Of a DNA stretch of 39,894 nt, positions 12,137-24,221 are shown piece after piece. Numbering within the stretch: position 1 is the first letter of the stretch; the number at the start of each line of letters is the position of its first letter. Under the pieces are notes generated by a model. It was not told the DNA's origin, searched no databases, and was given only the letters and a program-made list of their open reading frames with translations. The DNA lies in contig RBNJ01000131.1 in the NCBI GenBank assembly GCA_003990765.1, forward strand, positions 1 to 39,894, given 5' to 3'. The stretch is from Jimgerdemannia flammicorona. Its lineage: Eukaryota. The position numbers and the translations under genes are program-made.

Positions 12137-13720
12137 TATTATGTAGTGATCACTGAGTCCTTCAAATATATCAGATTCTCTTCAAGGTGTATCTCTTAGA
12201 CTAACTCAAGTTTGTTATAAGCAAATTCTTATTGGAGTGCCTTCCCAAGGTCTTATAGTTCTCAAACTTCTTATCTTTAAACTATCTTGTTATCTCTTTA
12301 GATTGCTTACAAGGAATTGTGTATAAGTGAACCAGAACTGACATTATTTCAGAGAAAATAAGAGGGGTATTTATATAAAATATAATTCAATAGTTGCTAA
12401 AATATAAAGCTAAATATAAATTTCAATAACTAAAACAAAATGCCAGAACAGAAAAACTGCTAAGTTCTAGGGTCAGTATTGATGATTGTATAGGTTCAGG
12501 ATGCTGGTATAATTTCAGTGATACAGAAAAATAGTGTTGGAATAATTCAGTATTACATCAGAATGCTAGTGCTGATATAATTCAGTGTCACATCAGAATG
12601 CTGGTGCTGGCATAATTCAGTATCACCAAAGAACTTTAGAGTAGAATGTTCAAAATCATAGAGGCTTCATCCTCATCAGAGGTCAGGATATCTTTAAAGG
12701 AGATGAGGTCTGTGAATTCATTGTTATTATATAGATTGCATATTTCATATATATCATGCATCTCACATATATTATGTGGGATGACATTATTGCCAATGAC
12801 ATTATCACATTCGACAGTGGCAGGAACAAGGAGGTCTGGGGCTCTCCAGTCTATGAGGTTCTCTTCTACAAAATAGGAGACAAATGTGGGGTCTTGGAGA
12901 GGTCTAACCTGGATGCTTGGGCCTTGGAATACTGAGATCAATCCTTGCAGGAATTGGTCTAGGTTGTCCTGGAGGATGAAATATCAGAAGTCTTCTACTT
13001 CATTACTATTGAGGGTGATAGTAGACTGGGCTTCTGTAGCCACCCTGGCTTCTAGTACATTGATATGGTGGGCTGACAGATCTCTGAAGTCTGAGACTCT
13101 AACATACTCTAAGTTGGGGATTGACCATAGTGTATGTCTGAAGATCTGATGGATCTTCTTAGCTATTCTTATTTCACATATATTCATAGAAATTGCATCT
13201 TATAGCTCTTGAGTGCTGGCCTGTGGAAACTCCCAGCATAGGAGGTTTTCTATCTTGTACTCCTACCACATTTAGAGGTATTCAGTAGCAATGGTGATCC
13301 TTGTTTCCATTTCACAGCAGTAGAGAATATAATAATAAAGGTCACCAGTATCCAGATTGATACTAGGAGTCCTTCTTGAGTAGGTTCTCATGGCTCTTCT
13401 GATATCTTGGAACATTCTTTCTTTGACTGAGATACCTTAATGATTTCTTAATCTTGAGGTTTGACAAGCAGCAGGCATTTTGTTTATGGTAAGTCTTTGA
13501 GCTATTTTGGGATTAGTGGGTCTTGTTGGTTGCTGCTACTACAGTTCCTTGATCCTTCTTTTATATTCCTCAAGATACCCATACTGTGGTTACAATGACT
13601 CACAGTTGGTCATCATTGCTCATCTTGTATGCTGTATGATCTCCTTGTACTTTGATCTGGTGGCTTACAAGGAAAGACTGTCTCCTGTACTAATGTCATC
13701 ATTCTGAGATCACTGTTATA
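12137..13720 (-). repeat. 5' LTR of element B (1584 bp)
   Basis: Direct repeat of 4307-5878; bounded by the PBS and TSD ATAG. Confidence 0.95.
12636..13478 (-). pseudogene. LTR-encoded accessory ORF of family B, copy 2 (280 codons, single frame)
   Basis: ATG 13478 to TAA 12636 without frameshift; five internal stops, all TAA/TAG/TGA derivable from CAA/CAG/CGA/TGG; includes track ORFs 12984-13187 and 12636-12941. Confidence 0.85.
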
Positions 13721-13724
13721 ATAG

Positions 13725-16700
13725 TAACTGAAAATAGTACTTTTAAGTAATGAGATACTATCTTTATAAAAAATACCCAAGCTGCCAAACTTGTCAATAT
13801 AAAAATATATACTTCAGCCAAGATATTATAGTATATATATACTTAAGAGAAAAGATGACAGAACTAAGATCAGATGGAACTGAGCCAAGAAACTCACAAA
13901 AAAGACCCTCAAGATCTATGATCTAGAAGATGATATCCTAGTTCTCATTAGATATATGTACAATTTACTAAGAATAGATAAAGAATACTATCAACTTTAT
14001 AAAAGCTCTAGACCTTACTAGAAGAGGAATTAATAATCTCTAAGACTCCTCTACTAGAGACAGATAGTAACATCTTAATATTAGAGTCTGGAGACTTACA
14101 ACTATAAAAGCTGAGGCCCAAGGATAGCCTGTCCTTAGTAAAGATATTGCATAGTATATTCTGCTATACTCTGAAGCCAGACCTATAATAAAAGCCCATA
14201 AAGAAGATATAGGCTATGATCTTTATAGTCTCTGAGATGATACTATTAGTCTGAAAAGTACAGTACTCCTTAGAATAGGAATTGCTATATAGCTATCCCA
14301 AGGAACTTATATTAAACTAATCTAAGATCTGGACTTACAAAATAAGAAATTACTATAAAAGGAGAGATAATAGACCCAAAATATATAGGTAAAATCAAAG
14401 TTATCTTAAAAAACAATAGTACTGAATAGATTCAAATCTATAAAGAAGAGAAAATTTCTCAAGTAGTCTTTAGAAAGATTGAAACATCTCAACTTCAGAA
14501 AGTCTCCAAATTGATCTGAGGCATAAGATAGACTGAAATATTTAGAAGCTCAGATAAGAAGAAAGTATATCTCCTCTAAGTCAACTACTTTAAGAAGAAT
14601 ATACCTCAATAAGGATAGTACCAACTAGTTAAACTTTTCAAGAATCTCATCCTAGAATCAGAAGAGTAGACCATTTTCAAAATCTTTGTACTACTTAATC
14701 CTAGAAACCTCTTCTTTGAACTCAATAAGGACCTCAAGAACCTAGATATAGAAGAATATATATTTCCTAATAAGATAAACTCTATATACTCTTGAGCAAT
14801 CAACCAAGACTGAGACAGTCTCATTCTGTTAAAAGAAATTATTATAGGCTATCTGGTGCCCTACCTCAATTAAATATATAGAGAAGTTTATAAACTAAAC
14901 TTATTAGAAAATAAAAAAAGGTCCTAGAAGAAAGAAAAGGCCTTTCTGTGTTCTAGGAGAAAGTAAAGTCTTGGAGAAGAATTGATACTCTAGCAATAGC
15001 AGTAACTACAGAACTTCTTCATAAATATCAGAATATCTTTACCATAGACTATGGTAATCTGTTATATAACTCATTATATCACTATAGTATAAATACAACT
15101 TATCTGACAGAAGTCTTCAAGTCCTTAGACCAGTCCTATACTTATTATATTTAAGCAAAGAGGATGAAAACTCTGTATAGATTATAGAAAGCTCAACTCA
15201 GTAATAGAAAAAGATATATAAAATTGATGATCTCTTAGACCAATTATAGGATATCAGATACTTTAACAGTATGAACCTTTTTGTAAGATTTTATAAGATT
15301 AACATAGACCCTAAGGATATTTAGAAAACAGTCTTTCTCATTTTAGAAAAACTTTTTAAATATCTCTGAATACTCTTTAGACTCTGTAATATATCTCTAA
15401 CCTTCTAGAGAATGATGAACTCAGTCTATACTCTACTGATCTACTATTATCTAATTATATATAAATAATTCTAATATCTATTCAGTAAATTTCAAAGAAT
15501 ACCTATACTATTTAGAAGAATTCTTTCAGCTTATCTTCAAGAACCACCTGAGACTTAATACTAAGAAGTATTACTTTAGAAAACAGAAACTCAAATTCCT
15601 TTTCTAAAGAAGGAATCTATATAGATATAAAAAATACTGAGAAAATTAACAATTGGCTAATACTTGAGACTTTAAAGAAAATACTATTATTTCTGATACT
15701 AGTATTCTACTATAGAAGATTTATTAAGAACTTTATCCAAATTGCTACCCAAGAAAGAATATAATAGAATGAGTGAACAAATGAGATAAAGAAGATACAA
15801 TGAGTGATTATATAACTAAGCAATGATATTACAATTAAGTATGATATATAATGAATATAATAAATAATATAAATAAGATATATATAAATAATACAGATAA
15901 ATGATATCTAGCTTATCTCCAATAACTAGTACTATAGCAAATCACTATAGCAATTGATCATTATCTAATAATCTATATTATAAAAGTTCTTATTATAAAG
16001 ATTCTAATTATAAAGATTGTGATCACAAACCTCATCTATAGTTACCAAATTAGTCACTCATACTTAGTTACAAATCATGAACTAACTTATATAAATACTC
16101 TACAGTTTTTATCTAAAATAAAGCAGTTTAGTTCAATCCTTGAATTTGAACTCTTCTCAAGAAAGAAGTACTATATAAATAGATGAAATCACAAGAACTA
16201 GCCTTCAGAGAACTCAAGTGTTACATAACTATAGTACTAATTCTTATATAACCTAATCTATAGAAGCTGTTCATCTTATATATAGATATCTTCAAAGATA
16301 GTCTTAGAGCAGTCTTAGTCTAAGAAATATCTAATCAGAAGTACTCTATATTAGCTATATAAGCTAAGCTACTAATAAGCAACATACTAATAATAGTAGT
16401 ACTAACTTAGAATATCTTATAGTTATATAAGCAGTCACTCTGTTTAAGTACTATGTATCTTATTAAAAAAAATTTTCACTCTGATAACTGATCATACTGC
16501 TCTCAAATAGCTATTTAACTATAAAAAACCTACTGAAATTTTTATTTACTGATTTTTTATCTTACAGGATTATAAGATCACTATTATTTATAAAGTAGAG
16601 AAAGTCTACAACAATATTGATATATTTTTCTACTAACTCCAATAAATCAGAAAAAAGGTATATTAAGAAACTGCATCCTAAAGGAAATTTCAATAACTAT

Positions 16701-16880
16701 TAAAGCACAAGAAGACCTCATCTGAAAGAATACCAAAAAGCCTACTAAGGATAGACAAATATAGAAAAAAAAACTATAAATAAAATACTAATACTGGCTC
16801 AACCTCAGAATATAAATCAGAATTATACTCAAGAAATATAAAACTTATCAGAAGTACTAAAGAAGACCTTTTAAGTACTA
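13725..16880 (+). pseudogene. Element E pol remnant (dUTPase, RT, RNaseH, start of IN)
   Basis: Resumes after the TSD of B; dUTPase ~14160-14550, RT ~15000-15750, RH ~16230-16630. Confidence 0.75.
15750..16225 (+). repeat. LTR-like fragment F inserted between RT and RNaseH of element E
   Basis: Non-coding interruption with TATATAAATA (~16088), AATAAA (~16117) and end ...GTGTTACA; 5' boundary and TSD not identifiable. Confidence 0.5.
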
Positions 16881-16881
16881 C

Positions 16882-17175
16882 TAGTACTTCTAAACAAATT
16901 GAATCAATTTGAATTGAATCAAATTGAGGGTAATTTAAATTGAATCAAATTAGAGATTTTTCAATTCAAATTGAGTTTGAATTAAATTGAGTTTAAATTG
17001 AATTGAGATCTAATTCAAATTGTTCTAATCAAATTGAGGTCTGATTTGATTTGAAATTGAAAGTTCTTGTTGAATTTGCCTTAATAAGATGAATCCAGTA
17101 TAATAAGAGTCATTAAATTTGGATATGTTTTTGTCAAGTTATTGAATTTCAAAAAATTTAGATTCAAAATTTAAA
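16882..17175. mobile_element. One end of an hAT-family element related to the MITEs
   Basis: TIR-like TAGTACTTCTAAACAAATTGAATC, GAATT/GAATC subterminal repeats, and 17080-17170 matches 17983-18070; no partner TIR/TSD found. Confidence 0.65.
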
Positions 17176-17812
17176 GTTGGTAGCTTGATGTATTAATTAT
17201 TTATTTATTATTCAAATACAATATATTCAGTACTTGTGATACTTGCCTAACACATTCCACTTATCTAATATTCAGTATCTAGCAGTATGCCTAGCTGCAG
17301 TAATAACCAACTAATGGAAATTATTATAAGGTCTTTTTTTCAAAGATAGATCAGGAGTCAATAAATTCAACTTCTGGCAAATTTTAGAGAGAGTATATAC
17401 CACAAGTCTTTCCATATTATCTGCAATTATTACAACTAGTTTGAGGATAGCCTCTTGGCTTTGGTGTGGCTGAGATGACCAGGGCTAAAGTGGTCAGGAT
17501 AATTAAAGCTGGGGAGGTCAGGGCAATAACTAGGGCTAGGGTAATGACTGGAGCTAGAGAGGTGATCAGAGTAGCTGAGAGGGTTGGGGCAATAGCTGAG
17601 ATAAATTACTCAATTGCTTTATCAATCATTTTCTTCTTCTTTTTATATTTATCTTAAGTAATATTGATTCTATCAATTGCTATCCAAATGGATATCTTAT
17701 CAATTACATGATTCATATCTTCAAAATGATTTAAGAGGTAGTTGAGATAAGCTTGAATATGTATTTTGTTTTGTTTTTATTAGGTTTTATTTTTTTTATT
17801 AAAGATGGTAGC

Positions 17813-18201
17813 TAGTACTTCCAAATGAATCAAATTAATTCAAATTGAATTAAATTGAGAGTAATTTGAATCAAATTGAATTGAGGTCTGATTTAATTCA
17901 AAATTGAAAGTCAAATTTTGAAATGCAATAACTTGATAAAAATATGTCCAAATTTGATAAATTTTAGCTTGTTGGATTTGTTTTAATAAGGTGAATCTAG
18001 TATAATAAAGATCATTAAATTTGAACATTTTTCTGTCAAGTTATTGAATTTTAAAAATTTAGGTTCAAATTGAAATTTGAATCAAATTAGACCTTGATTC
18101 AATTTGAATTGAATCAAATTGGACCTCAATTCAATTCAAAGTTTTTGAATTGAATCAAATTTAGATCTAATTCAATTCAATTTGATTTGTTAGAAGCACT
18201 A
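17813..18201. mobile_element. hAT-type MITE (389 bp)
   Basis: TIRs TAGTACTTCCAAA... / ...TTAGAAGCACTA; 8-bp TSD ATGGTAGC (17805-17812) / ATGATAGC (18202-18209). Confidence 0.85.
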
Positions 18202-18249
18202 ATGATAGCTTAGATAGTTTATTTATATATTTTTAATGTCAGGCCAATA

Positions 18250-18450
18250 AGTGAACCCTGAGAGCTTTATAAGCTATAGTGACATAATTAGAGCTTCAAA
18301 TATAACTAAGAGCTATGGTGACACAATTAATGAGCAAACCCTGAAAGCTTTAAATATAGTACCAAGAGTATAAGTAAGTCAGAAGATAGCACTGAGAGAT
18401 GTAGTGATATAATTAATAAGTTAGCCCTGAGAGCTTCAAATATAGCAGTA
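18250..18450. repeat. Imperfect tandem repeats (CCCTGAGAGCTT / GTGACATAATTA units), possibly subterminal repeats of the hAT element
   Basis: About three copies of each motif just downstream of the transposase 3' end. Confidence 0.45.
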
Positions 18451-18569
18451 TATATATTAGAAATTATATTCAAATATTATGATATATAGATATATTTATT
18501 TAGTATTTTGAGATTAAACTATATTTTGATATTTCAACTATATTTTGAAATTTTAGAATTGGCCAACTT

Positions 18570-19655
18570 ATTGCTATACCTTTAAATATATATATTCACA
18601 AATTGTTTCAGAGTCTAAAGCACCTCTTTTAGGTGCTACAAAATCTTTATCTCTTGAAAAAACTCTCTTTATGAGTATACTTGTTACTGAGATAGCTAAA
18701 TAGTTATATACTATTTTTGCTAGATTTGAGTAATCTCTACTATAGCCTTAATATTCTCAATGAATTAAATCAAATTAATAATATTTCAAATTGGATCTAT
18801 AATATTTTGAATTAGATAAACTCACTTATTACTAAGATAATATATTAACTCCTAGTTGAAATTTAACAGTTTTACTTTTCAAATAATTATCTAACTTCTT
18901 TTTAGAATTTGTTATCAGTTCTTGTCTTTTGTTGTTAAATATATGTTCAGATAGCTTAGTAATATTATTGACATTGACATCAATATCATCTCCTATTTTA
19001 GTATAATCTTCAGAACCTATATGATAAACTGATAGAGAGGTATAGTTTTTATTATAGACTGTATAAATAATTGTTTTGGCCACTTTAATCCAAATAGTTT
19101 CTCAATTATGATTTGAATAATATTATAGTTTAAGCTTAGGATCAAGAACTGGTTTTTATTCAAAGAATAAAATAAATTTTAAAATGGATTTATAGTTTAA
19201 AATTTCAAAATAGTTTTCAGTAATAAGTGAATTTTGGAATATTTACTTACTAGTACTAATATAATAAATTGGACAATCTATTATTGAATAATATTTCTTT
19301 AACTTATTAATAGCTACTGTTAGTATCTATTGAATGAGAGTATTTAGCTCTTTAGTTTCTTCTAGTTCTACTATATAATTTCAAAATACTTTGTTATTAT
19401 CCTTCAATATATCTAGTAGAAAGTGGTAAATCAGAATAGTAGAATAAATTGTTAGATATTTTTACTGAGTTGTAAGATCTATTGTATGTTGAAAACTTTT
19501 TAACACCAAAATAATATCTTTTAGCAACTGCTAAGTATAATCTCTAATAACATATTGTCACAAATCTTTATCAGCTATAATTGTTAAATTTAAGGGCTAT
19601 TAATAAAAATTAATTTATTAGATTAGACTCAGGTATAATTATGGACCCATGTTAT
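18570..19655 (-). pseudogene. Degenerate hAT transposase, C-terminal half; interrupted by element A and probably continuing at 26367-26600
   Basis: YSNLAKIVYNYLAISVTSILIKRVFSRDKDFVAPKRGALDSETI (~18600-18740) resembles the hAT dimerisation domain; PVLDPKLKL*YY (~19120-19155) resembles LDPRxK. Confidence 0.8.
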
Positions 19656-19659
19656 CTAT

Positions 19660-20126
19660 TGTGATGATATAGCCAGATTTGGAAGAAGGAAATAGGGAAT
19701 AGATACTTAATTGCACCCAGTCTCAAAGTAGTATAGCCACATAGTTAACAGTTCTCGATTTCGCAACTTGCTAAATATTCCGCAAAGTATAAGATCAAGC
19801 TCCCCAATATAGTATAGCATTTCGCAACTGGCGAAATATTTCACAAAGTATTAAATAACTCATAACTTAGCCACGTAACCCAGTAACCATCTCATAGCTA
19901 GCAAACTTGTATAAATAACCCAGTATCTTTGAGTGAATAAACCTCAGATTGAAATAGTTCAAAGCAAAGAGATAGCAAAGGAACTAGTAAGCCTGTAGGC
20001 AGATACACTTTGAGCTCACCCACCCTCCCCTGCAACTTCAAGAGACTCTGTGAGAGTCAGAATAGTCAAGTTTTCAAGATACAGAAATCCAACATACTTT
20101 CAAGAGTAAGCGTCTGCTACGTTACA
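19660..20126 (+). repeat. 5' LTR of element A
   Basis: TGTGA...TTACA; TATAAATA ~19910; AATAAA ~19935. Confidence 0.97.
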
Positions 20127-20129
20127 ACT

Positions 20130-20138
20130 TGGTGCCCA
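20130..20138 (+). promoter_or_regulatory. Primer binding site TGGTGCCCA (tRNA identity uncertain, His-like)
   Basis: TGG 3 nt after the LTR; complementary to a tRNA end ...UGGGCACCA. Confidence 0.8.
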
Positions 20139-20228
20139 TTGGCTGGTGATTCAAGACAAATCCCTCACTTTCAAGCTGAACAACGAACAACTGCCACTAC
20201 CTAAACCAAGCCCCAATACCCAGACAAG

Positions 20229-23200
20229 ATGGATATGAGACCACTAGTATTCCACGGATATACCTCAGATGAATCAATCATCACCTTCATTGATGATTTC
20301 AAGCAGTATGCCACTGTAAGGACCCTGACAGCAATACAGCAAGTAGCCCTCATGCTCTTTAGCCTATGAGGCCCTGCCAGAGCAGCATTCACAGCTGCAA
20401 CCCATATAGGAAACGATGCTGATGCTGTACTGACAGCACAGAAGACCTGGCTCCGAAATACATATTACACAGACAAGATCAAGCAAGCCCTGAAGGATCA
20501 GCTCAATACAACATACTAAGAAATGAGTGAGGATCCAAACACATTCTATACCAGAATTTGATATCAGATAATCCTTGCAGATTATGCTGCTGCTATCTAA
20601 GATCAAGTAGCCGAAGCAACCTTCATGAAAGGAGTCCACCCAGAAATAGCCATGGCCATCCGCTCATCACCAGTAATTCTGGATCTGCCACAGAAGATCA
20701 CCTATGCTCAGCGATATTAGATAGCCAGACATCCACAAGACCATACAATGGAAAGGGTCACAGGGGTCAGAATTGAGGCACTCAAGGCAACCAGTGTGAT
20801 CCCTATCACAATGATTAATTGGAACACACCTCAGCCAAAAGCTACAGAACAGCAGAAGAACAGTGACCCTATGGAGGAACTCGCCAAAAGGTTTGCCGAA
20901 ATGACCACCCACCTGGGAGATGTAGTAAAGGAAATTCGAGGAAGAGACTGCCACCCTGTTCAGAAGTTCGCCACCACCTCAGACAAGAAGAAAGGTACCT
21001 GCTACACTTGTGGAGAAGAAGGCCACTACTCCTATGAATGTATGAGTGAAACCAAGCACAAGGCTCAACCAAGCAATGCTATACAAAATAAGGAGCAGGC
21101 CAATATAATCACCTTTGAGGAGATTGGAGATTCTGATAAAGAAGAATGAGAGGCCTATCCAGCTCAGACCACCAAGAAGGATGCTCGCAAAAAACCCTAC
21201 AAGAGACCACCAGGAAGACCCAAGAAGAACCCAGTGGAAAAGCAGATGGAAATGGCCACCGAAAGCCAAACTGAAGAGATGGACCAAGATATAGAGCTGG
21301 AACAAGCAGTTCAAGATATTATCTGAGGAACTACTCTAGCCAGTGAAGGAGAAAAAGAAAAGAAGTTGTACAAGACCAAGACCTTCAAGTATGATATCTT
21401 CAAGGACCTCAGTCAATAAAAGGTCAATGCAACCTTTGGTCAGCTTGCAGAAATCCCAACATTCAGACAGCAAATGAGGTTTGGACTTGCCGAAACAACT
21501 AAGGAATAAGGATGGAAGATAACTGAGGCCAATAACACTCAAGAGGACTCAGGAGAAGAAAGTGAGGACAATCGCAAAACCTCTGCATATGCAACATGCC
21601 AAATCGAAGATAGAATCTTCGAGGCTATCATTGATATGGGAGCAGGAGGATGTCTCCTCAGCAAGAAGGCAGCAGACCACCTAGGTTGGGATGTGGAAGA
21701 AGCAACAAAGCTAGTGTTCATCACAGCCGATGGCATAAGAGCCACACCTCTGGGAAAGATCCGAGATGTTCCCATCAAGATTGAAGGAGCAACTATCCCA
21801 GTAGATGTAATCGTAACCAATGCCACCAACTATGACATCCTTATCGGCAATCAATGGCTTCACAAAGCCAAGGCAGTAATTGATCTCAATGCCCAGAAGA
21901 TGCAGATCACCTACTGGGGACAGAAGATACGAATTCCCATCAATGTCAACAAAGGAGTTCTGCCTGATATGGAGGAAGAAGAGAGTGAGCAAGAGGAAGC
22001 TTATATAGTGACTACTCCAAAGAAGAAGAAAGTCAGATGGATGAGTGAAGAAGAATGGTGCAAGAAGATGGCAGAAGGCTATGCACCACAAGGAGTCTGT
22101 CCTCATGGGATCAAGATGTACTGTATGGAGCATGTCAATGATTGCTACCAGTGCACCATTGGAATCAGAAAGATCCACCAGACAAGAAGGCAGAAAGCTC
22201 TTGAAAAACAGATCAGGGAAGAAAAGAAGGAGGAAGATGATGAACCACTAGCTCTCCTGGAGGACAGTAATGATGAAGAAGAAATCAAGGTCAAAATTCG
22301 AAAGATCCACCCTGATGCAGTCTTGCCAGAATATAAGTCAGAAAATGCAGCCAGAATGGACATCACTACAGTAGAAGAAACCATACTGGAACCCCAGACA
22401 ACCACCTTACTTGCAACTGGATTGGAGATGACCATCCCAAAGGATTATGTCAGGATTCTTAAGACAAGAAGCAGTCTGGCTAGAAGCAAAATTACAATCG
22501 AAGGAGAAGTCATCGATTCAGACTACACTGGAGAAATTCTACTCATTGCTAGGAATCACAATCCTACAATCCCATTTCCAGTCAAGAAGAAGGACCAATT
22601 GGCACAAATGTTGATCTTCCCGATCCTACAACCAAAGATCATAGAGGTTAAGAAGCTGAAGGAAACAAGAAGAGGAAAGAAAGGATTTGGATCCACAGGA
22701 AGAGAAGTATTCGCTAACACCAAGATCACCGAACTCGAGCATAAGAAAGAGGAAAACACAAGCAAGCACAGCTACACCATTGGAAATGAATTTCCACTCA
22801 AGAAAGAACTCAAGAAAATACTCCACGAATTCGAAGATATCCTTGCCACAGATTTCAAGGATATCAAAGGAAAGACCCCACACTACTATCACGAAGTAGA
22901 TACTGGAGACACAGAACCAATTTATCAGAAAGCAAGACCTGTCCCACCAGCCTACCAAGAATGGCTCAGAGAAGAAATCAAGCAGATGGAAGAAGCCAGT
23001 ATCATTAAAGAAGCAAGCAGCCCCTGGTCCTCACCTGTTGTACTGGCCCCAAAAAAAGGGAGTAAGCCTGGAGAATTCGCCCCAAGACTCTGTGTTGACT
23101 ACAGAAAACTCAACATGGTTACCAAGAAGGATCGCCAACCACTGCCCCTCATCAATGACATCCTCATAATACTGGGAGATGAAGCACAATACTACAGCAC

Positions 23201-24221
23201 CTTGGACTTATACTCAGGATTCCACCAAATTGGACTTACAGACATGGTAAGTGAAAAGTCAGCTTTCATCACTCCAGACGGAACCTACATCTACCTACGA
23301 ATGCCATTTGGAATATACAATGCACCAGCAAGTTTCCAGCGAATGATGAACAAAATCTTCCGCTATGACATGGGAAGATGGATGATGGTCTACATCGATG
23401 ATGTAATCATCTACAGCAAAACACCTGAGGAATATCTACAGTACATACAGCAGATAATGGAGAGACTAAGACAACATAGTCTTTACATCAAACCCAAGAA
23501 ATGCAAGTTCACAGAAATCGAGATCTCCTATCTCGGCCACATCATCAATCAAGATGGAACACACACGTACCCCCTCAAGATACAAGCAGTGGTAGCATAT
23601 CCAAGACCCACCACTGTTACAGAAGCCCAAGCCTTCATGGGACTTGCCTCCTATTATCGCAGATTTATTAGAGGATTTTCTAATATTGCGGGACCAATCT
23701 ACAAACTCAACAAGAAGGATACCAAGTTCCAGTGGACTGGCAGACAACAAAAAGCATTTGATGAACTCAAGGTCAGACTAACCCAGGCACCCATCCTCAG
23801 AAGACCTGACTGGACTCAAGAATTCATCCTACAGACTGATGCAAGTGCACAAGGACTAGGAGCAGTTCTAGCTCAAAAGAAAGATAAAGTGGAGTATGTC
23901 ATCATATACCTCAGCTGCGGAACCCGAGGAGCTGAAAAAGAATATGAATCCTACAAGTTGGAATGCCTCGCAGTCATCTGGGCCATAGAAAAGTTCCACT
24001 ACTACTTGGCTGGAAGACACTTCATCATCCAAACAGACCACTCAGCTCTCACCTGGCTACTGACAACTGGACAACCCAAAGGAATCTATGCCAGATGGAT
24101 AATGAAGTTGCAAGCTTATGACGTAACCATCATACATCGCTCTGGAAGAACTAATGCCAATGCAGATGCCCTCTCACAGATACCCCGAAGGACCCTACCC
24201 CCACAAAATCACCATGAATAA
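20229..24221 (+). pseudogene. Single-frame gag-PR-dUTPase-RT-RNaseH of element A (stops in gag; 861-aa open segment 21636-24221)
   Basis: Zn knuckle CYTCGEEGHYSYEC; protease IIDMGAG (from DTGAG); dUTPase RSSLA, VIDSDYTGEI, RGKKGFGSTG; RT LCVDYRKLN, YIDD; RH TDASAQGLGAVL, NADALS. Confidence 0.95.

Larger units (their letters stand above)
4307..13720 (-). mobile_element. Element B: full-length Ty3/Gypsy LTR retrotransposon with ~1.6-kb gene-containing LTRs
   Basis: Direct repeats 4307-5878 and 12137-13720; 4-bp TSD ATAG at 4303-4306 and 13721-13724; PBS 12125-12133; PPT 5879-5888; gag-PR-dUTPase-RT-RH-IN on the minus strand. Confidence 0.95.
144..16880 (+). mobile_element. Element E: old, heavily mutated Ty3/Gypsy LTR retrotransposon (gag-PR-dUTPase-RT-RNaseH-start of IN), interrupted by element B and an LTR fragment; 3' end not found
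   Basis: Protease-like KILIDIGAAICIIT at ~3190; dUTPase-like IGYDLYS...GEIIDPKYIGKIKVIL at ~14180-14520; RT motifs LCIDYRKLNS (~15170) and YYRRFIKNF (~15710); RNaseH-like LFILYID...LRAVL (~16265); many stops. Confidence 0.8.

Noticed and set aside
17466-17657. 63-aa repetitive ORF
   Set aside because: Low-complexity purine-rich repeat within decayed transposon sequence; no evidence of coding function
16882-18201. A single 1.3-kb hAT element
   Set aside because: The TSD of the right TIR (ATGATAGC) matches the flank at 17805-17812, not the flank of 16882 (AGTACTAC)
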